Part shown: piece after piece, positions 1 to 23,488 of the stretch
How the letters are laid out: each line of letters opens with the position of its first letter
How positions within the stretch are numbered: the stretch's first letter is position 1
Origin: Actinoplanes sp. SE50/110
GTDB taxonomy: Bacteria > Actinomycetota > Actinomycetes > Mycobacteriales > Micromonosporaceae
Assembly: GCF_900119315.1 (NCBI RefSeq)
Contig: NZ_LT827010.1
Coordinates: 6,636,494 to 6,668,493, forward strand
Direction of reading: 5' to 3'
DNA length: 32,000 nucleotides
Notes under the pieces: model-generated
The model's input: the letters and a program-made list of their open reading frames with translations, nothing else
Database searches by the model: none
What the model was told of the DNA's origin: nothing
Translations under genes and position numbers: made by a program

Positions 1-183
1 GAGTGAGGCGTGGGCCGGCAATGAGTGGCAGAGTTTGATCGAGCCCGTGCTATAACCATGGTCACGGAAGGGCTCCGCGCCTGCAGCGTGGAACCCAAAG
101 CGCATTAAATTTCCCCCCGGCGGCATCCGCTATGCTCTGACATCGAGCATGTAACCGCATTACTCTCATGGCACCCCTCTGTG

Positions 184-1347
184 TCAAGAGGTGGTCGGAA
201 GTGGTGTTCTAGGCTGGGGTTCGGCGGGTCCGGGAAGTGACTTGTCCGAAGTGTCGATCATGGGGATTGGATCGGCCGCGCTGGATTTCAGAGTCGCCCC
301 CGCGTGTCCTCCCGGGCCCGTCTCGACGGTTTTGGCGTCGTTGACCATCTGCTGGTAGACGACGTCGGACAGTCGTCGTTTGAGCGCGCGCATGGCTTCC
401 ATCGGGGTTTTACCGGCGGCGAGTTTGCGCCGGTAGTAGGCGCGGCCTTCGGTGTCGTTGCGCAGCTGGACGACGGCCATGATGTGCAGGGTGCGGTTGA
501 TGCGCCGGTTCCCGGCTCGGGACAGCCGGTGCCGAGTCTGGTCGCCGGAGGAGGCGTCGATCGGTGCGGTGCCGTTCCAGGATGCGAAGTGCCCGCGGCT
601 GGCGAAGCGGTTGATGTCGGCGACGTCGCCGATGAGCCGGGCTGCGCCGGACGGGCCGATGCCGTGCAGGTCCTGCAGGCTGCTGCCGGTCGCCTCGACA
701 AGCTCACGCAGTTCCTTGTCGGCCGCTTTGGTCTTCTTGTCGACCTGGACGAGTTCGCTGATCAGCTCGGAGGCGAGCCGGCGCCGGGTCCGGCCGACCA
801 GGTCACGCGGGCGGATCGTGGCGAGCAGTTCACGGGCCTGGGTAGCGGACAGATACTTCTTGGCGCCGCCGGGCAGTAGTTCGAGCAGCAGTTTGTGGAT
901 CCGGTTGAGCAGATCGGTGTGGGCGCGGCCCAGTTCGTCGCGGCGGTCGACCAGCAGCCGCAGCGCCACCGTCGCGTCGTCGGCGGCCACTTGCCGCAAG
1001 CCCTTGCTGCGCAGGGCGGCGACCGCGATGTGGTGGGCGTCGGCCGGGTCGGTTTTGCGTCCCTGGCCGGTGTCGAACACCCGGGCACGGGCGGACAACT
1101 TTGCCGGGACATCGAGGACGGTTTCGCCGTCGGCGACCAAGCGCTGGGCGAGGTGTTTGCCGATGCCGTTGCAGCCCTCGACTGCCCAGACCCGGTCCTT
1201 GTGCTGCCGGCCGAGCTTGAGCATCGTCTGGTATCCGTCGCGGTCGGTGCCGAACCGGCCTTGCGCGAGAATCTTCTCCCGGTCGTTGATGATCTCGATG
1301 GTCGCGGACCGCTTGTGCGGGTCCATACCGATGATGACCTGTCCCAT
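184..1347 (-). CDS. IS110-family transposase (387 aa)
   Basis: N-terminus MGQVIIGMDPHKRS...AVEGCNGIG fits the DEDD/RuvC-like domain. The C-terminal half has LHGIGPSGAARLIGDVADINRF...APIDASSGDQTRHRLSRAGNRRINRTLH, the helix-hairpin-helix plus conserved SG/RxxxGN pattern of IS110 Tnp domains. Start is set at ATG 1345..1347, preceded by GAGGAG. The track ORF runs up to 1773 only because no stop occurs. Confidence 0.85.
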   Translation of the reverse strand: MGQVIIGMDPHKRSATIEIINDREKILAQGRFGTDRDGYQTMLKLGRQHKDRVWAVEGCNGIGKHLAQRLVADGETVLDVPAKLSARARVFDTGQGRKTDPADAHHIAVAALRSKGLRQVAADDATVALRLLVDRRDELGRAHTDLLNRIHKLLLELLPGGAKKYLSATQARELLATIRPRDLVGRTRRRLASELISELVQVDKKTKAADKELRELVEATGSSLQDLHGIGPSGAARLIGDVADINRFASRGHFASWNGTAPIDASSGDQTRHRLSRAGNRRINRTLHIMAVVQLRNDTEGRAYYRRKLAAGKTPMEAMRALKRRLSDVVYQQMVNDAKTVETGPGGHAGATLKSSAADPIPMIDTSDKSLPGPAEPQPRTPLPTTS

Positions 1348-1600
1348 GCCTGCTCTCCTCGATCGAACCGGGGGTGAATCCGGCGAGGAGGGCAGCGCTA
1401 CTTCGAGCTGGGCAGTCCCCTCTTGAGCCTCTCCGCGCCACGGTGACCGGCAGGACGCATGCCATGAGTGAGTCATACCAACCAGCGGTGGACAGCCGCA
1501 ATACGAGCGATCCCACCGGTCACCTCGACCAAGCCTGGCCCGGGCTGCGGTCGTCCCACCAGTAGATAAGTAGCCGCGGACAACGCGCGGTCGTGGCTGG
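184..1600 (-). mobile_element. IS110-family insertion sequence (minimal extent; true ends not determinable here)
   Basis: Transposase gene plus at least about 250 nt of upstream non-coding DNA with locally lower GC (about 1440..1580). IS110 elements lack classical terminal inverted repeats, so the ends cannot be read from one copy. The low-GC stretch 1..183 may hold the 3' end. Confidence 0.4.
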
Positions 1601-2078
1601 TCGCGACCCGCAGCGGCTCGATCGCCGGCACCCTGGATGACGCAGCGGCGCTGGTCCGCGGGGACGCCAGGCCGGAGCCGGAGGTTGAACGGCAGACTCA
1701 AGGTCCGACCGCCCCCGACCCGACCGCCGCCGGCCCGGCGACCTCCAGTCCGACCCCCGGCTCGAGCAACCACGCCGCTTCAGACACCACCGCTCTCACC
1801 CCGCAGCTCCTGCTCCCGGAGATCTTCCCCAGGCGATCGGACGCGCGGAACCAAGCCGTGAGGGCGGTGCGACGCGTGGGAAGACCGCCGGAACGAAGCG
1901 GCCCCGCGAAGGGTCTCCGGCCGGGCGCAGGTGCGTACCCCCACCAGCGACGCCCCGGCCCGGCGCGGCCGGAGGCCGGGCACCGGGGCGGTGCAGGTTA
2001 GGGGTTGGTGCGGGTGGGCCGCCCACCCGCTGAACGGCACCGTGGCCGGGCAGATGTCAGCGAGGATGGGGCGAAACG

Positions 2079-2903
2079 ATGAGCACACTCGTCACTACGG
2101 TCGCGCGCCCGGCCGGCGTGCGGCAGGTCCGGTACGGGGTGCTGGGCCGGTTCCGGGTGGGTACCGGCCCGGACGAGATCGATCCGGGGCCGCACAAGAT
2201 GCGGCTGCTGCTGGCGCTGCTGTTGATCCGGGCCGGGCAGGTGGCCACCCCGGAGCAGCTGATCGACGACATCTGGGGCGCGGATCCGCCGCGTCGGGCG
2301 GTGGCGGCGTTGCAGGTGTACATCTCACGGCTGCGCAAGGTGCTGCGGCCGGCGGACGGCGATCTGAGCATCGCCACGCAGAAGAACGGCTACCTGGTCA
2401 CGCTGGACATGGGCGAGGTGGATCACCATGTCTTCCAGTCGCTGCTGGCGCAGGGCAGGACGCTGGCCCGAGAGGGGCGGCACGCGGCGGCGGTGACCGT
2501 GTTGGAGGAGGCGCTGGCGCTGTGGCGGGGCACGCCGCTGGACGGGTTGCACGACAGCGCGCGGGTGCGGGCGTTCGCCACCTGGCTGCAGGAGCTCCGG
2601 CTGGAGTGTCACGAGCTGCTGATCGGATCGGGGCTGGCGCTGGGGCGGCACCGTGATCTGGTGGGCCGGTTGTACGGGTTGACCGCGGAGCAGCCGTTGC
2701 GGGAGGCGTTCCGGCACCAGCTGATGATCGCGCTGTACCGATCGGATCGGCGCGCCGACGCCCTGCTGGTGTTTCAGGATGCCCGGGCGGTGCTGCGTGA
2801 GCAGGTCGGCGTGGAGCCCGGCCGGGCCCTCGCCGACCTGCATTTCGCCATCCTGAACGGCGACGAGCAGTTGTACCGGGGGCTCAGAGGCGAACGCCGG
2901 TGA
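2079..2903 (+). CDS. SARP-family transcriptional activator (OmpR-type winged helix + BTAD), 274 aa
   Basis: VRYGVLGRFRV...HKMRLLLALLLIRAGQVATPEQLIDDIWG...ALQVYISRLRKVL is the SARP DNA-binding domain. ...FQSLLAQGR...EEALALWRGTPL...RLECHELLIGSGLALGRH...L...PLREAFRHQLMIALYRSDRRADALLVFQDARAVLREQVGVEPG is the BTAD. GC3 is very high. Confidence 0.9.
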   Translation: MSTLVTTVARPAGVRQVRYGVLGRFRVGTGPDEIDPGPHKMRLLLALLLIRAGQVATPEQLIDDIWGADPPRRAVAALQVYISRLRKVLRPADGDLSIATQKNGYLVTLDMGEVDHHVFQSLLAQGRTLAREGRHAAAVTVLEEALALWRGTPLDGLHDSARVRAFATWLQELRLECHELLIGSGLALGRHRDLVGRLYGLTAEQPLREAFRHQLMIALYRSDRRADALLVFQDARAVLREQVGVEPGRALADLHFAILNGDEQLYRGLRGERR

Positions 2904-3180
2904 CGGCCTGCTTCGGGAACAGGCCCGGCTTGACCTCACCACTGATCTTGTCGCCGTTGATCACCAAGGTGTACGAGAGCTTCATCGGCATCGGCTGCTT
3001 GATCTTGCAGACGAACTTCACCTGGTTGCCGGCGACCACGCCGTCCTGGATCTCCACCACGACGTCGTTGCTGTAGCACTTGCCGGTGAGCACGGCGCCC
3101 TCGGCCTCGAACTCGCAGATGGCCTCCTGGCGGCCGACCGGGGAGTTGACGACGATCTGCCACTTGCCGTTCACGCTCAT
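2884..3180 (-). CDS. small hypothetical protein, 98 aa, beta-rich and Lys-rich, no recognised family
   Basis: ATG 3178..3180 preceded by GGAGG. Codon third positions are almost all G/C. Sequence MSVNGKWQIVVNSPVGRQEA...PMPMKLSYTLVINGDKISGEVKPG. The 3' end overlaps the SARP 3' end by 20 nt (convergent). Confidence 0.75.
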   Translation of the reverse strand: MSVNGKWQIVVNSPVGRQEAICEFEAEGAVLTGKCYSNDVVVEIQDGVVAGNQVKFVCKIKQPMPMKLSYTLVINGDKISGEVKPGLFPKQAVTGVRL

Positions 3181-3318
3181 AGCGCCTCCGCTTGTCAGCG
3201 GGGTGCCGGATCCGTCACCCATTCACCCCGACCACTTCCCTGTGTCCCGAGAAAGGTAGCGGGGCGCACTAACGCCGCCCTTGCCCCGCGCTAAAGCCGG
3301 GCTGAACCGGCGGCGTCC

Positions 3319-3324
3319 TAGACT
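3319..3324 (+). promoter_or_regulatory. -10-like hexamer TAGACT, 9 nt upstream of the TetR ATG (implies a leaderless mRNA)
   Basis: tccTAGACTgccttcaccATG. No Shine-Dalgarno sequence. The same hexamer and geometry occur at 21878..21883. Confidence 0.35.
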
Positions 3325-3333
3325 GCCTTCACC

Positions 3334-3945
3334 ATGGCAACGCACCAGGATGCTTCCGCGGCCAAGTCCCGGTCCGGCCGCCCGCAGATCACCTCCCGGG
3401 ACCATCTGGAGAAGGTGGCGTTCCGGCTGTTCGCGGAGAGCGGCTTCGACGCCACCACGATCGACGGGATCAGCGACGCGGCCGGCATCGGGCGGCGTAC
3501 CTTCTTCCGCTACTTCGCCTCGAAGAACGACCTGGTCTGGGGTGACTTCGACGGCGAGCTGGCGGTGTTCCGGGCCTGGTTCGCGGCGGTGCCGGCCGAC
3601 CGGCCGATGCTGGACGCGATCCGGCACGGGGTGATCGCGTTCAACACCTACCCGGCCGCGCAGGTGGCGCTGCACCGGGAGCGGATGGCCCTGATCCTGC
3701 GGGTGCCCAGTCTGCGGGCCGATTCGACGCTGCGGTTCGTGCAGTGGCGGCAGGTGATCGCGGATTTCGTGGCGGCCCGGCGCGGCGGCCGCCCGGACGA
3801 GCTCTACCCGGTGACGATCGGTCACTGTGCACTGGGCGCGGCGCTCGCCGCGTACGAGGTCTGGCTGGAGGACGAGACCGCCGACCTGCCGGCGCTGCTG
3901 GCCGAGTCCCTGCGGGTGCTGACCGGCCCGCACCACCACGCGTGA
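3334..3945 (+). CDS. TetR/AcrR-family transcriptional regulator, 203 aa
   Basis: N-terminal HTH ITSRDHLEKVAFRLFAESGFDATTIDGISDAAGIGRRTFFRYFASKNDLVWGDF, followed by a helical ligand-binding domain. Confidence 0.9.
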   Translation: MATHQDASAAKSRSGRPQITSRDHLEKVAFRLFAESGFDATTIDGISDAAGIGRRTFFRYFASKNDLVWGDFDGELAVFRAWFAAVPADRPMLDAIRHGVIAFNTYPAAQVALHRERMALILRVPSLRADSTLRFVQWRQVIADFVAARRGGRPDELYPVTIGHCALGAALAAYEVWLEDETADLPALLAESLRVLTGPHHHA

Positions 3946-3973
3946 CATCGTGGCCGGCCCGGGCGCCCCGATC

Positions 3974-4468
3974 TCACCGGGACCGCAGCGCCGCCTCGTG
4001 GAGCTTGCGCATGTCCCGGTCCCCGGCCCGCTCCGGCTCGTCCCCGCGGAAGGTGACGACTTCGGCCCCGTCCGGCCCGGTCCAGGTCCGGCGCGTCCCG
4101 CTGCTGTAGTTCTCCCCGCTGCCGGAGGTCCAGTCGACGCTGTGCACGGTGAGCTCGGTCCAGCGGAACGCCCGCAGCTCGCCGCGGGTGGCCACCACGA
4201 CACCGTCCTCGAAGCAGTAGAGCCGCGGCGTGGGGCCGCCTCGGCGCCGCTCGAACGCCGGCCGGAAGCACAGACCGACCATCGCCAGGCCCACGATCAG
4301 ACTCAGCGGCAGGAAGATCCAGTCTGCCAGGCCGCCGCCGCCCTTGACGATGCCCACGATGCCGCCGGCCGTCGTCAGCGTGCCGATCGGGGCGAAGAAG
4401 AGCCATTCACCGGAGTAGGCCGGACACGCGAATCGCACGTAGCGGCCATACTCCGCGATGGAGCCCAT
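3974..4468 (-). CDS. hypothetical membrane protein, 164 aa (two predicted TM helices + soluble C-terminal domain)
   Basis: High GC3. Hydrophobic segments WLFFAPIGTLTTAGGIVGIV and WIFLPLSLIVGLAMVGLCF. Start ATG 4466..4468 has only a weak RBS; an in-frame GTG at 4493..4495 is an alternative. Confidence 0.6.
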   Translation of the reverse strand: MGSIAEYGRYVRFACPAYSGEWLFFAPIGTLTTAGGIVGIVKGGGGLADWIFLPLSLIVGLAMVGLCFRPAFERRRGGPTPRLYCFEDGVVVATRGELRAFRWTELTVHSVDWTSGSGENYSSGTRRTWTGPDGAEVVTFRGDEPERAGDRDMRKLHEAALRSR

Positions 4469-4533
4469 CGCCAACGCCTGTTCCCGTTCCGTCACGGCCC
4501 CATGGTGCAGGGGGATGGCAAGGGGGCCGGGAG

Positions 4534-5028
4534 TCAGGAGGACAGTTCGCGGAAGCCGCGCCGGAAGTAGACGGCCGGCTCGGCCGCCTGCACCCGGGCG
4601 GCGGTGACCCGTCCGATCAGGATGGTGTGATCGCCCGCCTCGTGCTGCGAGTACGCGTCGCATTCGACGATGGCGCAGGCGCCGGGCAGCACCGGGTGTC
4701 CCTGCGCGTTGGCCACGAATTCGCCGCCGCCGAACTTGTCCGCCGTCCGGTCCGCGAACCGCATCGCCAGCCCGGCCTGGCCCGGCGTCAGCGTGTGGAT
4801 CACCCAGGATCGCGCGGTCCGGAAGCCGGGGTGGCAGCGCGCGGTGCGGGCCAGGCAGACCAGCACCAGCGGCGGGTCCATCGAGAGCGAGCAGAACGAG
4901 GTGGCGGTGAAGCCGCACCAGTGGCCGTCCTGGTCGGTGGTGGTGACGATGGTGACGCCGCTGGGGAAGGACGCCATCGCCTCGCGGAACCCGGCGATCG
5001 ACGTCCGTTCGGTCAGTCCTGCTGCCAT
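4534..5028 (-). CDS. flavin reductase (NAD(P)H:flavin oxidoreductase, HpaC/ActVB-like), 164 aa
   Basis: FREAMASFPSGVTIVTT...GFTATSFCSLSMDPPLVLVCL...GDHTILIGRV...YFRRGF is the flavin-reductase-domain pattern. AAGGAG lies upstream of ATG 5026..5028. The start overlaps the 3' end of the upstream hydrolase gene by 16 nt. Confidence 0.85.
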   Translation of the reverse strand: MAAGLTERTSIAGFREAMASFPSGVTIVTTTDQDGHWCGFTATSFCSLSMDPPLVLVCLARTARCHPGFRTARSWVIHTLTPGQAGLAMRFADRTADKFGGGEFVANAQGHPVLPGACAIVECDAYSQHEAGDHTILIGRVTAARVQAAEPAVYFRRGFRELSS

Positions 5029-5926
5029 CGCGGGCTCCTTGTCAACTCGCTGAGGAAGGCGCCGAGCACCTCGCGGAAACGGTCCGGCTCCTCGAGGTTC
5101 GGCGTGTGGCTGGACTCCTCGAACAGCTCCCAGCGCACGTCCGGCACCAGGTCGAGGTACGGCTGGAGGGTGGCCGGGGTGGCCTCGTCGTGCCGCCCGC
5201 TGATCACCAGGGTGGGCACCGCGACCGAGGGCAGCAGGTCGATGACCGACCAGTCGCGCAGCGTGCCGATGACGTGGAATTCGGTCGGCCCGTTCATCGT
5301 CCGGTACACGGTCGGGTCGTTGTACAGCTCGTAGAACGAGGCCATGTAGTCGCTGGGCCAGGGCACCCGCCGGCACACGTGCCGCTCGTAGAACGCCCGG
5401 CTCGCCGCCAGGTATTCGGGGTCGTCGACGGTGCCGGCCGCCTCGTGCCGCAGCAGGGTGTCGTTCACCCCGTCCGGGAGCCGGTCGCGCAGGACCTTCA
5501 TCTCCTGCAGCCAGAGCGGGTAGGACGCCGGCGAGTTGGCGACGATCAGGCCGCGCAGCCCGGCCGGGCGGGTGGCGGCGTGCGCGGCGCCGAGCATGCC
5601 GCCCCAGGAGTGCCCGAGCAGCACGTAGTCGTCGGCGATCCCGAGCCCGGTGAGCAGGTTGTCGAGTTCGGCGAGGAACAGTGCGGGCGTCCAGAAGTCG
5701 GCGCCGCGCTCCGGCAGGTGGGTCGACCCGCCGTTGCCGAGCTGGTCGTAGTGGACCACCGGCCAGCCGTCGGCGGCCAGGTCGGCGATGTTCTTCAGAT
5801 AGTCGTGGGTGATCCCGGGCCCGCCGTGCAGCACGACGAGGGCGGGGCGGCCGGCGCCGAGCTGCCCGGTCACCCGGTACCAGGTGCGGTGCGGGCCGAA
5901 CGCGACGGTTCCCTTGGCTGTCGGCA

Positions 5927-5930
<4 letters not shown>
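5013..5930 (-). CDS. alpha/beta hydrolase of the proline iminopeptidase (S33) family, VinJ/IdnL5-like candidate deprotecting amidohydrolase, 305 aa
   Basis: HGGPG oxyanion motif and GHSWGG nucleophile elbow. The start ATG 5928..5930 overlaps the PKS stop TGA 5927..5929 (ATGA). The track ORF 5013..8615 is real only in this C-terminal part. Confidence 0.88.
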
Positions 5931-21781
<15,851 letters not shown>

Positions 21782-21803
21782 TTTTCTCCGCTAATTGAAT
21801 GGC

Positions 21804-21809
21804 AACCTA
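21804..21809 (-). promoter_or_regulatory. -10-like hexamer TAGGTT for the PKS gene
   Basis: Read on the minus strand: CTAGGGG-N22-TAGGTT-N22-ATG, with GGAG in the short leader. Confidence 0.35.
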
Positions 21810-21831
21810 CGGCAGCGCGCCGTTTCACCCA

Positions 21832-21848
21832 CCCCTAGATCCCCCTAT
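21832..21848 (-). promoter_or_regulatory. tandem TAGGGG direct repeats (10-nt period) upstream of the PKS gene; candidate activator (SARP?) site
   Basis: The minus strand reads aTAGGGGgatcTAGGGGt. The same hexamer family is repeated at 29031..29060 and 25042..25058. Confidence 0.35.
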
Positions 21849-21877
21849 CCCGGGTCCACCGCGCCCGCGATTCTCTC

Positions 21878-21883
21878 TAGACT
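21878..21883 (+). promoter_or_regulatory. -10-like hexamer TAGACT, 8 nt upstream of ATG 21892 (implies a leaderless mRNA)
   Basis: tctcTAGACTccgcattcATG, with no Shine-Dalgarno sequence. Confidence 0.35.
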
Positions 21884-21891
21884 CCGCATTC

Positions 21892-23442
21892 ATGACCATT
21901 GTCGAAATACATGCGCCGGAAATGCTGCATGAATTTCTTCTGCAGCATGCCGCGACCCGGCCCGGCGCGCCCGCCGTGATCGAGCAGTCGCGGACCACCT
22001 CGTACGGCGAACTGCGCGAGCGGGCCGAGGCGTACGCCGCCGCGCTGGCCGGGCTCGGGCTCGGCATCGGCCACCGGGTCGTGGTCGACGCGGACACCTC
22101 GGCTCCGGCGATCGCCATGCTGATCGCCTGCTCGATGCGGGGCCTGACCTACATCCCGGTGAGCCCGGAGACGCCCACTCCGCGGGTCCTCTCGGTGGCC
22201 GCGGCGGCCGGCGCGGTGCTGCACCTGCAGACGACCGAGGGAGAGCGCACCGGGCTGCCGCCGGAGCTCGGCGCCGGCCGGTTCGGGCCGGACAGCCTGG
22301 AGGTGACGCACCTGCCGGCGATCGCGCCGACCGGGCGGACCGCCTGCACCCCGGTCGATCCGGCGTACATCGTGTTCACCTCGGGCACCACCGGCCGGCC
22401 CAAGGGCGTGGTGATGAGCCACCGCGCGGTGCTCAGCTTCTTCCGCGGCATGCTGGCGCACCGGATCGTCGGCCCGGACGACCGGGTGGCCACCACCTCG
22501 CCGCTGCAGTTCGACTTCTCGCTGCTCGACATCGGCCTGGCGCTGGGCAGCGGGGCCGCGGTGCTGCCCGTGCCGCGCCCGTTCCTGCGCTGGCCCCGGC
22601 GGTTCCTGAGCTTCCTGGCGGCCACCGGCGCCACCCAGGTCAACGGCGTGCCGTCGATCTGGCGGCCGGTGCTGCGCCACGAGCCCGACCAGCTGGGCAC
22701 GCTGACCGCGCTGCGCGGGGTGCTCTACTCCGGTGAGCCGTTCCCGCTGCCCGAGCTGCGGCAGCTGCGCAAGCTGCGGCCGGGGCTGCGGATCGTCAAC
22801 TGCTACGGCAGCACCGAGTCGATCGCCTGCTCGTTCACCGACGTGCCGGACCCGGTGCCGGACAGCGGCGACGGCGTGCCGATCGGCCCCGCCCACCCGG
22901 GTGCCGAGCTGTTGCTGCTCGGCGAGGACGGCCGCCCGGTGTCCGGCGCGGGCGTGCTCGGCGAGCTGTACCTGCGCAGCCCGGCGCTGTTCAGCGGGTA
23001 CTGGGACGACCCGGCCACCACCGGCCGGGTGCTGGTGCCGGACCCGGTGGAGCCGCGCTCCGGCCAGCTCGTGTACCGCACCGGCGACCTGGCGACCCGG
23101 GGCGGCGACGGGCTGTTCTACTACAGCTGCCGCGCCGACTCCCAGGTGAAGATCCGTGGGAACCGGGTGGAGCTCGGCGAGGTGGAACGCCGGCTGCTGG
23201 ACCTGCCCGGGGTGGGCGCGGCCACGGTGCTGGCGCCGCCGCGGCCGGACGGCGAGCCGGTGCTGTGCGCGTTCCTGGCCGTCGCTGCCGAGGCCGGCCT
23301 GACGGAGGCGCGGGTCAGCGCGTTCTGCAAGGAGACGCTACCGGACTACATGATCCCGTCCGAGGTGCGGCTGCTCGGCGAGCTGCCGGTCACGGTGAAC
23401 GGCAAGGTGGACAAGGCCGCACTGCTGGCCGGCCGGGAGTGA
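21892..23442 (+). CDS. stand-alone adenylating enzyme (ANL superfamily), VinN/IdnL1-type or VinM/IdnL7-type, 516 aa
   Basis: YIVFTSGTTGRPKGV (A3), QFDFSLLD (A4, Asp retained), YGSTE, YRTGDL, KIRGNRVELGEVE, NGKVDK (A10). No C, T or other domains. The start is ambiguous: ATG 21892 fits a leaderless transcript, and ATG 21922 is also possible. Confidence 0.88.
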   Translation: MTIVEIHAPEMLHEFLLQHAATRPGAPAVIEQSRTTSYGELRERAEAYAAALAGLGLGIGHRVVVDADTSAPAIAMLIACSMRGLTYIPVSPETPTPRVLSVAAAAGAVLHLQTTEGERTGLPPELGAGRFGPDSLEVTHLPAIAPTGRTACTPVDPAYIVFTSGTTGRPKGVVMSHRAVLSFFRGMLAHRIVGPDDRVATTSPLQFDFSLLDIGLALGSGAAVLPVPRPFLRWPRRFLSFLAATGATQVNGVPSIWRPVLRHEPDQLGTLTALRGVLYSGEPFPLPELRQLRKLRPGLRIVNCYGSTESIACSFTDVPDPVPDSGDGVPIGPAHPGAELLLLGEDGRPVSGAGVLGELYLRSPALFSGYWDDPATTGRVLVPDPVEPRSGQLVYRTGDLATRGGDGLFYYSCRADSQVKIRGNRVELGEVERRLLDLPGVGAATVLAPPRPDGEPVLCAFLAVAAEAGLTEARVSAFCKETLPDYMIPSEVRLLGELPVTVNGKVDKAALLAGRE

Positions 23443-23446
23443 GGCG

Positions 23447-23482
23447 CGGCGGGCCGCGGCGCCGCTGCGCCGCGGCCCGCCG
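23447..23482. terminator. perfect 16-bp GC-rich hairpin between convergent adenylation genes (bidirectional terminator candidate)
   Basis: cggcgggccgcggcgc (23447..23462), loop cgct, gcgccgcggcccgccg (23467..23482). There is no U-tract, which is common in actinomycetes. Confidence 0.5.
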
Positions 23483-23488
23483 GACAGC

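Noticed and set aside
1-183. An AT-richer left-edge segment examined for a tRNA, small RNA or truncated gene.
   Set aside because: No tRNA-like T-arm or anticodon structure and no ORF with codon bias could be recognised. It may simply be the 3' end or flank of the IS110 element.
1348-1773. 142-aa N-terminal extension of the transposase ORF.
   Set aside because: The extension is Arg/Gly-rich with no homology pattern. The conserved IS110 N-terminus (MGQVIIGMDPHKRS) begins at 1347, with a GAGGAG RBS just upstream.
1931-2656. 241-aa plus-strand ORF overlapping the SARP gene, and minus-strand ORFs 1780..2088 and 2325..2942.
   Set aside because: They are off-frame or antisense to the clearly recognisable SARP coding frame, and their translations are featureless.
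3223-4203. 326-aa minus-strand ORF and other ORFs overlapping the TetR gene (for example 3281..3634 and 3744..4109).
   Set aside because: They are shadow ORFs. The plus-strand frame 3334..3945 has the TetR HTH and proper codon bias.
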